Shown here piece after piece: positions 39,791-47,788 of a stretch of DNA of 64,000 nt; within the stretch, counting starts at the first letter, position 1; every line of letters begins with the position of its first letter. Position numbers and translations under genes: made by a program. The notes beneath the pieces were generated by a model. That model was not told where the DNA came from. It saw nothing but the letters and a program-made list of their open reading frames with translations, and did no database searches. The DNA comes from Halobacteriales archaeon SW_5_70_135 (GTDB lineage: Archaea > Halobacteriota > Halobacteria > Halobacteriales > SW-7-71-33), in NCBI GenBank assembly GCA_003022865.1, contig PXSK01000041.1, positions 48,475-112,474 on the forward strand, written 5' to 3'.

Positions 39791-39900
39791 CCGCGAGCCA
39801 GTCAGAACTCGAAGAGTGCTGATGACGTTCGTCAGAGCGGCGCTCTGACGGGCCAATCAGAACCCTGCGGGCTCTGGTGACGCCGCAAGCGCCGGCGACG
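39791..39900 (-). repeat. Hairpin-chain element, inverted copy of 23600..23706
   Basis: Its reverse complement aligns with 23600-23706 over about 105 nt. Near-identical cores: cccgcagggttct, attggcccgtcagagc and ccgctctgacgaacgtcatcag. Three hairpins are conserved. Confidence 0.75.
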
Positions 39901-40052
39901 GTCGAAAATCTACAATTTTCGGGCCAGTCAGAGCTGCCCGCTCTGGCGACGGTCGAAAATCGACGATCTTCGAGCCAGCCAGAGCCGCCGGCTCTGGTGA
40001 CAGTCGAAAATCGTAGATTTTCGAGCCAACCAGACCGCAGAGCGGTCTGGTG
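39898..40052 (+). repeat. Tandem array of three 51-53-nt double-hairpin units
   Basis: Each unit is acGGTCGAAAATC-loop-GATTTTCGAgcc plus CCAGAGCC-loop-GGCTCTGGtg. The units start at 39898, 39949 and 40000. Stems differ between units by paired (compensatory) changes. Confidence 0.8.
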
Positions 40053-40287
40053 ACGCCAGGGCTTCGTGAGATACGGCTACGAGGTCGAGAGCAACTGAGG
40101 AGAACGCGCCGGGGGCATCGTGGGCTACTTCGTCGGGACCGAGAGCGACGGACGACGAGACCGAGCATAACCACGAAGGGTCACCCGGCCGAACAGTGCG
40201 TATGCCAGCACCGACAGTCGACGTCACCACGCGACCGGCCCACGCGCTCGACAGCGAGAGTAAGACAGCACATTCCGCGAGGCCAGC

Positions 40288-40915
40288 GTGATCGACCTGA
40301 GCCAGTCGCTGCCGCCGGCCTGGACGTACCCCGGCGACCCGGAGACGAGCGTCGAGGCACATCGACGCGCCCGCCCACACCGAGCCCGACGGCGCCACGC
40401 TGGGCGCGTTCCCGGTCGAGCGGTTCCGCTGGCGCACGCTGCGGGTCGACTGCACCGACCTCCACGCCCGCGCTCCCGTGCCCGCGGAGCGGCTGCCGCC
40501 GGCCGAGGCGACGGCCGACGTCGACCTGCTGGCCGTCCACACTGGCTGGGACCGACACTGGGGCACGGAGCGCTACCGCGACCACCCGTGGCTCGCGCCC
40601 GCCGCTGCCCGGGAGTGTGCCCGCCGCGGGCTGGACGTCGCGGTCGACGCCCCCAGCGTCGACCCCACGCCGCCGGCCGCTCGGACGGCACACGCGACCG
40701 ACGCGAGCGAGGACGCCGACCCCGGCGGACCCGAGACGGAGGGCGGCCACGGCGACGGACTGGCGGCCCATCACGCCCTCCTGGGGGCGGGGCGGCTGAT
40801 CGTCGAGAACCTCACCGGCCTGGGGGCGGTGCCGGAGCGGTTCGACTTGTGGGCGCCGCCGCTCGCGCTCGACGCCGACGCCGCGCCGGCGCGGGCGGCC
40901 GCCGTCGTCGAGTGA
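40288..40915 (+). pseudogene. Putative cyclase / kynurenine-formamidase-like family gene with an internal deletion plus frameshift
   Basis: Frame 1 reads VIDLSQSLPPAWTYPGDPETSVEAH and then nonsense. Frame 2 continues HIDAPAHTEPDGATLGAFPVERF...LLAVHTGWDRHWGTERYRDHPWL...RLIVENLTGL (listed ORF 40478..40915). Confidence 0.55.
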
Positions 40916-40960
40916 GCGCGGGAAGCGAGGGGTTATAGCCGACCGGCGGCAACGTCGCGC

Positions 40961-43900
40961 ATGGACGAGGCCGACGCCGACCCCGATTTAGACCCGGGGG
41001 CGGGCGACGAGACGGACGGGGACGCCGCCGAGTCGCCCGGCGAGGAGGGGAACGGGCCACCCGACGACCTGGACCCCGAGCGGCGCGAGGAGCGGACGGC
41101 GGCGTTCTACGACGCCCTGGAGTCCGTGGGTCGACCGGTGGCGACCGCCGGCGAGGTGGCGCGTCGCACGGAGCTGAGCCACGACGCGGCCGACGACCTG
41201 CTGGCGGCGCTGCCGGACGCGAACCGGCTCGACGTCTCGAACGACCCGGTCGTCTGGTATCCCGAGGACCTGGAGACGCTGACCGACCGCGAGCGCGTGG
41301 TGGTCTTCCCCGACCGCCGGGAGGTCGTCGTCGACCAGCCCGACCAGTACACGCTCGCCCGACTGTCGGGCTTTGCCCGCCTCGTCACCACCTCGGGCGA
41401 GGGGAGCTACATCTACGAGGTCCGGGACTCGGACGTCTGGGCCGCCCCCCACGAGGACCTGGGCGAGCTGACCGCGGCGATGCGGTCGGTGCTCGGTCGG
41501 TGGGAGCGCCTGGAGGAGTGGGTGCGCGCCCAGTACGAGCGCACCCGGAAGTTCCGCCTGCGCACGGACGGCGAGAGGCTGGACGACGACCTGGTCCGCG
41601 GGCTCGTCAGCGACACGGAGGCGTGGGTCGTCGAGGGGGAGGAGGCCGCGATCAAGCGACAGCTGTACGACGCCGGCTACCCCGTCCGCGACGACCGCCG
41701 ACTGGACGAGGGCGAGACCCTTCCGCTCGACCTGGAGCTGGAGCTGCGCGACTACCAGCGCGACTGGGTCGACCGCTTCACCGAGCGCGGCGCGGGCGTA
41801 CTTGTCGGCCCGCCGGGCAGCGGCAAGACCGTCGCCGCCATGGGGGTCATGGCCGCGATCGAGGGCGAGACGCTGGTGCTCGTCCCCTCCCGCGAACTCG
41901 CCGGCCAGTGGCACGACGAACTGCTCTCGAAGACGACGCTCTCTCCAGGTGAGGTCGGCGAGTACCACGGCGGCACGAAGGAGATGGCACCCGTGACGAT
42001 CGCCACCTACCAGACCGCGGGCATGGACCGCCACCGCGAGCTGTTCGACGCCCGCCGCTGGGGGCTGATCGTCTACGACGAGGTCCAGCACGTCCCGGCG
42101 CCGATCGCCCGCCGCAGCGCCGAACTGCAGAGCAAATCGCGCTTGGGGCTGTCCGTCGACGGTGACGCCGTCATCCCCGTACGACGTGACGGCATCGTCG
42201 AGACGACGACTATCGAGGAGTTCGTCTCGAAGTACCTCGGGGACCATACTGGCGTTGCTTCGGTCACCGACGCCGAGACACTCGGTATCACCGACGAGGG
42301 AGAGGTGGTGTGGACGGACGTCACGGGCGCGATGCGTCACGAGAACACGAGCGACCGCTACACCGTCAGGGCGAGTAACGGCCGGCAGGTCACCGTCACG
42401 GAGGACCACTCGCTGATCGCCTTCGACGGCGACGAGATGGAGATCGTCGAGCGGACGCCACAGGAACTCGGGGATACCGACTATCTCCTGCAGCCTGCGA
42501 CGCTCCCGGAAGTCGGCGGCGCACAGTCGACCTTCGACGTGATGGGAGCACTCGACAAGGGGTACGTCCTGGTCGACGAGGACGCTCCCGTATCGGTGTT
42601 CGACCCGCTGTACGAGGAGGGGATCGGGAGCAACAAGAACAGGTACAACTGGAAGACACGGCGGTCACTCCCGCTGTCAGTCGCTCGGGAGATCGGTCTC
42701 GACAGGGAGCACGTACGCGGCGTGTACGTCCGAAAGCGCGATCAGTACCTCCCGCCGGACGTCGATATCGAGGACTTCGCACGCTTAGCGGGGCTGTTCG
42801 TGGCCGACGGCAACGTTGACGGCCACCGCATCGATCTGTACGCGGCGGATTCGGACACGAACTCAGAGGTCGAGGAGTTCCGTTCAATCGTCCGTGCGGT
42901 CGCACCGGAGGCGAACGTATATACGACGGGGAACGGGGAGAACTGCACGACGGTCAGAGTTGGTGGTCCCCTCGCACCCCTGTTCGAGAACGTCGGACTC
43001 GCCGGCACGGCACGCGAGAAGTCCGTGCCGTCGTTCGTGCTGTCGAACCCCCTCGCGCGTGTGGCGTTTCTCGAAGGGATCGTTCTCGGCGACGGTTACA
43101 GACAGAAACGGGATCGCGGGAAGGAGACGGTCACGATCTCGACGTCAAGCGACGAACTCGCTCAGGGGCTGAATCTCGTACTGGCGTCACTCGGCCACGT
43201 GGGGGGGAACTACCGCCGCGAGCCAGACGTCGCCGTCCGCGAGGGAGATCACGACACTGTCACGAACAACATGATCCGGTACAACCCGAAGAATCGCCGG
43301 AAGACCCCACGAAAGGCGATGACGCCGTTCACCGAGGAGCTGCGGGAGCTGTACCAGTCGACCGAGCGAAACGAGAGCCGCGTGTACAGCGCGGACGGCG
43401 GAGCACTGCGAAGCGGACTCGAACACCGGAGTCGGCTCTCGTCCGACGAGTTGCAGACGATTCTGTTCCGCTCGGACAACGACGACCACCGCTGGTTGCG
43501 GGAGACGGACGTGGCGATGCTCGAAGTCGACAGCGTCACACCGGCAGACGACCAGGATCAAGAGCACGTCTACGACGTCTCGACCGGGACCGAGAACTTC
43601 CTCGGCAACCACCTGTTCTGTCACAACTCCGCCACGCCGGTCAGGGAAGATGACAAGGAGTCCGAGATCTTCACGCTGGTCGGCCCGCCCGTCGGCACCG
43701 ACTGGACGGCGCTGTTCGAGGCGGGCTACGTCGCCCGCCCCGAGGTCGAAATCCGGTACGTCCCCTGGGACCCCGAGAGCCGCGACGAGTACGCCGCCGC
43801 CTCCGGCCACCGGAAGCGACAGGTCGTCGCCTCGAACGCCGCGAAGGTGCGGGCCGTCGAGAACCTCCTCGACGAGACGGCAGGGAAGGCGCTCGTCTTC

Positions 43901-44395
43901 GTCGACTACCTCGACCAGGGGGAGGCGATCGCCGAGGCGCTGGAGGTGCCCTTCGTCAGCGGGGAGACCCGTCACGCCCGCCGGGCGAAGCTACTGTCCG
44001 AACTCCGGCACGGCGAGCGCGACCTCTTGGTCGTCTCCCGCGTGGCCGACGAGGGGATCGACCTGCCGGACGTGGAGACGGCGATCGTCGCCTCGGGGCT
44101 GGGCGGCTCCCGCCGCCAGGGCACCCAGCGGGCGGGCCGGACGATGCGACCGCTCGGCCGGGCGCGGATGTACGTCCTCGCCACCCGCGGCACCGAGGAG
44201 GAGGAGTTCGCCCGCGGGCGCACCCGCCACCTGGCGAGCAAGGGCGTGCGGGTGCGCGAGACGGAGGCCGACGTCGATATCGAAGACGAGGGCGAAGGCG
44301 AGGACGAGGACGGAGACGGGGAGCCGGCGGCCGTCGACGCGACCGGCGACGACCCGCCGGCGACCGCGGGCGAGGCCGGGACGGACGAGGACTGA
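40961..44395 (+). CDS. rad25: XPB/Rad25-type SF2 DNA repair helicase, interrupted by an intein
   Basis: Walker A GPPGSGKT, motif II YDEVQH, motif III plus RED motif GL|SATPVRED split by the insert, motif VI QRAGRTMR, and an acidic tail. 1144 codons including 492 intein codons. Confidence 0.88.
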   Translation: MDEADADPDLDPGAGDETDGDAAESPGEEGNGPPDDLDPERREERTAAFYDALESVGRPVATAGEVARRTELSHDAADDLLAALPDANRLDVSNDPVVWYPEDLETLTDRERVVVFPDRREVVVDQPDQYTLARLSGFARLVTTSGEGSYIYEVRDSDVWAAPHEDLGELTAAMRSVLGRWERLEEWVRAQYERTRKFRLRTDGERLDDDLVRGLVSDTEAWVVEGEEAAIKRQLYDAGYPVRDDRRLDEGETLPLDLELELRDYQRDWVDRFTERGAGVLVGPPGSGKTVAAMGVMAAIEGETLVLVPSRELAGQWHDELLSKTTLSPGEVGEYHGGTKEMAPVTIATYQTAGMDRHRELFDARRWGLIVYDEVQHVPAPIARRSAELQSKSRLGLSVDGDAVIPVRRDGIVETTTIEEFVSKYLGDHTGVASVTDAETLGITDEGEVVWTDVTGAMRHENTSDRYTVRASNGRQVTVTEDHSLIAFDGDEMEIVERTPQELGDTDYLLQPATLPEVGGAQSTFDVMGALDKGYVLVDEDAPVSVFDPLYEEGIGSNKNRYNWKTRRSLPLSVAREIGLDREHVRGVYVRKRDQYLPPDVDIEDFARLAGLFVADGNVDGHRIDLYAADSDTNSEVEEFRSIVRAVAPEANVYTTGNGENCTTVRVGGPLAPLFENVGLAGTAREKSVPSFVLSNPLARVAFLEGIVLGDGYRQKRDRGKETVTISTSSDELAQGLNLVLASLGHVGGNYRREPDVAVREGDHDTVTNNMIRYNPKNRRKTPRKAMTPFTEELRELYQSTERNESRVYSADGGALRSGLEHRSRLSSDELQTILFRSDNDDHRWLRETDVAMLEVDSVTPADDQDQEHVYDVSTGTENFLGNHLFCHNSATPVREDDKESEIFTLVGPPVGTDWTALFEAGYVARPEVEIRYVPWDPESRDEYAAASGHRKRQVVASNAAKVRAVENLLDETAGKALVFVDYLDQGEAIAEALEVPFVSGETRHARRAKLLSELRHGERDLLVVSRVADEGIDLPDVETAIVASGLGGSRRQGTQRAGRTMRPLGRARMYVLATRGTEEEEFARGRTRHLASKGVRVRETEADVDIEDEGEGEDEDGDGEPAAVDATGDDPPATAGEAGTDED
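42152..43627 (+). mobile_element. Intein (492 aa) with a LAGLIDADG homing-endonuclease domain
   Basis: Ser1 (SVDGDAVIPV), block B TxxH (VTVTEDHSL), LAGLFVADGNV and FLEGIVLGDGY, block F/G VYDVSTGTENFLGNHLFCHN followed by Ser+1. Excision restores RLGLSATPVRED. Confidence 0.88.
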
Positions 44396-44434
44396 CCGGC
44401 GAAGACTCTTACTGACCCCGTCGAGGCAGGGTGC

Positions 44435-45655
44435 ATGACCGCGACGGACGAGCGCGAGGCGTTCCCGGTCGGTCTGGACTTCGAGGCCGACGCCGCGCTG
44501 ATCGAGGGGAAGACTCGGCAGGCGCGGGCGGCGCTCGACCGCCACGACGACGGCGTCGACTGCTGGCTCACGTTCGCCCGCGAGACGACGGCGACGCCGG
44601 ACCCGTCGCTGCCGCTCCTGCTCGATTTCGGCGTCGTCTGGCCCACCGCCGTCGTCGTCGCGCCCGAGGAGTCACACGTCGTCCTCGGACGCCACGACGC
44701 GCCGAATGCCCGCGCGCTCGGCGTCCACGAGGTCCACCCGTACGACGAGTCGATCCGCGAGGCGCTCTCGACGGTGATGGAGCGCGTGGGCGCGGAGCGC
44801 GTCGGCTGCAACTGGGACCCGGACGACCCGATGGCCGACGGGCTGAGCCACGGGCTCTACCGGCGACTGACGGACCTGCTGCCCGACCGCGAACTCGTGA
44901 GCGCCGCCGGGTACGTCGGCGAGGTGCGCGGCGCGAAGACCGACCGGGAGCGCGAGCGGGTCGACGCCGCCGTCCGCACCACGGAGCGGCTGCTCGGCGA
45001 CCTGCGCGAGCACTACGAGCCGGCCTGGACCGAGCGCGACGTCGCCGAGCACCTGCGCGGCCGGGCGGACACGCTGGGGCTGGGAACCGCGTGGGACCGG
45101 GCGTACTGTCCCTCGGTGCACGCCGGCAGCGACGGCGAGGTCGGCCACACGAGGCCCGGCGACCGGCGGGTGCCGGCGGGCGAACTGCTGCACGTCGACT
45201 TCGGCGTGCGCGTCGCGGGCTACTGCGCGGACCTCCAGCGGACGTTCTACCGCCCGGCGGACGGCGCGGAGCCGCCCGCCGGACTGCGGGAGGCGTTCGA
45301 GGCCGTCCACGCGGCAATCGACGCCGGCAAGGCGGCGATCGAACCGGGGATCGCCGGCCACGAGGCCGACGAGGCGGCCCGGGAGACGGTCGTCGACCGC
45401 GGCTACGACGAGTACGCCCACGCGCTCGGCCACCAGGTCGGCCGACACGCCCACGACGGCGGCACGCTGCTGGGGCCGCGCTGGGAGCGCTACGGTACGG
45501 CGCCGGAGCGACCGGTGCGGGAGGGCGAGGTGTACACCGTCGAGCTGGGCGTGGACACGGAGTGGGGGTACGTCGGCGGCGAGGAGATGGTCGTCGTCAC
45601 CGACGGCGGGGCGGCGTGGGTGAGCGAGCCACAGCGAGAGCTGTGGCGGCTGTGA
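44435..45655 (+). CDS. M24-family Xaa-Pro aminopeptidase/creatinase-like metallopeptidase
   Basis: 406 aa. Pita-bread metal ligand context LLHVDFGVRVAGYCADLQRTF, HALGHQVGRHAHDG, and VYTVELGV...GGEEMVVVT. Confidence 0.82.
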   Translation: MTATDEREAFPVGLDFEADAALIEGKTRQARAALDRHDDGVDCWLTFARETTATPDPSLPLLLDFGVVWPTAVVVAPEESHVVLGRHDAPNARALGVHEVHPYDESIREALSTVMERVGAERVGCNWDPDDPMADGLSHGLYRRLTDLLPDRELVSAAGYVGEVRGAKTDRERERVDAAVRTTERLLGDLREHYEPAWTERDVAEHLRGRADTLGLGTAWDRAYCPSVHAGSDGEVGHTRPGDRRVPAGELLHVDFGVRVAGYCADLQRTFYRPADGAEPPAGLREAFEAVHAAIDAGKAAIEPGIAGHEADEAARETVVDRGYDEYAHALGHQVGRHAHDGGTLLGPRWERYGTAPERPVREGEVYTVELGVDTEWGYVGGEEMVVVTDGGAAWVSEPQRELWRL

Positions 45656-45731
45656 GCGTCCGTGGTGGGAGAGTGACGACTGCGGGGCGTTCGGGGAAGG
45701 TCAGGGGAAGGGCGGGAACGGGTGGCCGGGG

Positions 45732-45890
45732 TCACTCAGGGCGGACGACACCCTGACACGAGGGACACTCCGCGTAGGCGGCCGCGGTACCGGACCGCTC
45801 GTACTCTATCAGCACCCGCTCCGACGAGATCGGGGACCCACAGGTCGGGCAGCGACCGACAGCGTCACTGGAGTGCGGTGTCGTGGACAT
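45732..45890 (-). CDS. Small zinc-ribbon protein (CPTCG...CPSCQ)
   Basis: ORF trimmed to the ATG at 45890: MSTTPHSSDAVGRCPTCGSPISSERVLIEYERSGTAAAYAECPSCQGVVRPE. Confidence 0.55.
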   Translation of the reverse strand: MSTTPHSSDAVGRCPTCGSPISSERVLIEYERSGTAAAYAECPSCQGVVRPE

Positions 45891-46060
45891 CGTCGGTGAC
45901 TCGTTCCCGCACACGTCTCTGAGTACCGGGCGAACATATACCTCCCCCGTGCGGAGTGAAAGTGAAACTGCGTGCCGGGAACGGGAGGCGCGGCCCGTCA
46001 GACGGCCGTCGGACGGCGACCGTACTTAAATAGTGACGCTCCGTAGCGCGGGCGGCCGGC

Positions 46061-47788
46061 TCAGTCGAACCGCGTGTTCGGTCGGTCGAACCCGCGGGCG
46101 AGGTCGGCCTCGTCGACCGCGAGTACCGTCGGTCGGCCGTGCGGACAGGCGTCCGGCCGGTCACACCCCCCGAGTCGGGCGAGCAGGTCCTCGGCGGCCG
46201 CACGGTTGACGGTGCCCGCACGGAGCGACTCGTGGCAGGCCAGGTCGACCAGCGGTCGCTCCAGGTCGAGCGCGTCCGCCGGGTCGCTCGCGCCCGGTCG
46301 TTCGGCGGCGACGGCGTCGAGTACGTCCCGCAGGGCCGCCGGGGCGACGGCGTCGCCGCCGGGCGCCGGCACCCCGCTCACGCAGGCGGTGTCGTCCCCG
46401 CGGACGTCGACCCCGAAGCCGAGGCGCTCGACGGCGGCCGCGACCGCCTCGCCCCGCAGCAGGGCGGCCTCGCTCGCCGACAGCGCGACGCCTGCGGGTG
46501 GGTCGACGGCGACGCTCGCGACGCCGTCGGCGGCGTCACGCAGTCGCTCGTAGGTGACCCGCTCGTCGGCGGCGTGGGCGTCGACGACGAGCAGTTCGTC
46601 GCCGCGCTCGCAGAGCACGTAGAGCTCGCGGAAGACGCCGACGACCTCGGCGTCGGCGAGCACCCCGTCCTCGATCGGCTCGGCGACCCCGGCCAGGTCG
46701 AGGTCGGCGCGGCCGACGACCTCGACGTCGGCGGTCGACAGCGCCTCGCCGACGGCGGTCGTGACCGCCTCACTGGCGGCGTCGGCGTCGGCGAAGGCGA
46801 CCGACCGCTTGCGGGGGTGGACGTTCACGTCGACGCGCTCGGGCGGGACGGTCACGTCGACGACGGCGAGCGGGTAGCGGTCGGGCGACAGCAGTCCGTC
46901 GTAGCCGTCGACGACTGCCCGGCACAGGTCGGGGTCCCGCACCGCCCGCCCGGCGACCGCGACGTGGACGTGCTCCCGGCTGGCCCGGGTGACCGTCGGC
47001 CGACAGGCGAGTCCCTCGACGCGAACCGGACCGGAGCGGTCGGCGAACTCCACCGCGGCGCCGGCGGCGTCGCGGTCGTACACCGACAGGAGCGCCTCGA
47101 CGCGGTCGCCCGCCCCGGGCGTCCGCAACACCTCGCGGCCGTCGTGTGTCAGCTCGAAGCGCACGTTCGGCCGGACGAGCGCGTACCGCGAGACGACGTC
47201 GCTTACCTTCGCGAACTCGCGAGCGGACGAGGCCAGCGACGCCCGGCGGACGGGCCGGTCCGCGAACAGGTCCCGCACCTCGACGGTGGTGCCGACGCCG
47301 CGGGCCGCCGGTTCCGGCTCGCCGACGGCCTCCTCGACACGGACTGCCACGGCCTCGTGCCCGTCGGCGTGGGTGGTCAGCTCGACCGCGCCGGCGGCCT
47401 CGGCGACGGCCGCCAGCGCTTCCCCCCGGAAGCCGAGCGTCTCGACGCGAGTCACGTCCGCGGCGGACCGCAGCTTGCTCGTCGCGTGACGCTCGAACGC
47501 CCGGACCGCGTCGCCGGGGACCAGCCCGCGGCCGTCGTCTCTGACGGCCACGCGCTCGCGGCCGCCGCCGTCGACCGCGACGGCGACCCGCTCCGCGCCC
47601 GCGTCGAGGGCGTTCTCGACGAGCTCCGCGACGGCGTCCGCCGGCGCCGTCACCACCTCGCCGGCGGCGATGCGCTCGACGGCCGCCGCCGGCAGCCGTT
47701 CGACGCGGCCCTCGTGGTCCCATGGCGGCGTCTCGCCGTCCGGCTCGCCGTCGTCGGGGCCGTCGCCGCCGTTCGTGTTCCGGCTCAT
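46061..47788 (-). CDS. mutL: DNA mismatch repair protein MutL
   Basis: Only the C-terminal 575 codons of ORF 46061..49948, from the ATG at 47788. GHKL ATPase motifs [35 protein letters not shown], and LGFRGEAL. The start overlaps the mutS stop (ATGA). Confidence 0.9.
   Translation of the reverse strand: MSRNTNGGDGPDDGEPDGETPPWDHEGRVERLPAAAVERIAAGEVVTAPADAVAELVENALDAGAERVAVAVDGGGRERVAVRDDGRGLVPGDAVRAFERHATSKLRSAADVTRVETLGFRGEALAAVAEAAGAVELTTHADGHEAVAVRVEEAVGEPEPAARGVGTTVEVRDLFADRPVRRASLASSAREFAKVSDVVSRYALVRPNVRFELTHDGREVLRTPGAGDRVEALLSVYDRDAAGAAVEFADRSGPVRVEGLACRPTVTRASREHVHVAVAGRAVRDPDLCRAVVDGYDGLLSPDRYPLAVVDVTVPPERVDVNVHPRKRSVAFADADAASEAVTTAVGEALSTADVEVVGRADLDLAGVAEPIEDGVLADAEVVGVFRELYVLCERGDELLVVDAHAADERVTYERLRDAADGVASVAVDPPAGVALSASEAALLRGEAVAAAVERLGFGVDVRGDDTACVSGVPAPGGDAVAPAALRDVLDAVAAERPGASDPADALDLERPLVDLACHESLRAGTVNRAAAEDLLARLGGCDRPDACPHGRPTVLAVDEADLARGFDRPNTRFD

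Noticed and set aside
23600-39900. The 16-kb segment bounded by the inverted 105-nt elements as a composite transposon, provirus or island.
   Set aside because: The content is core housekeeping (ABCE1, ribE, ubaA, peptidases and so on). There is no integrase, transposase or att-like tRNA flank, and composition is host-like apart from the 600-bp island.
39898-40052. The tandem repeats as a CRISPR array.
   Set aside because: The units are contiguous with no unique spacers. There are only three, the units themselves vary, and no cas genes or leader are nearby.
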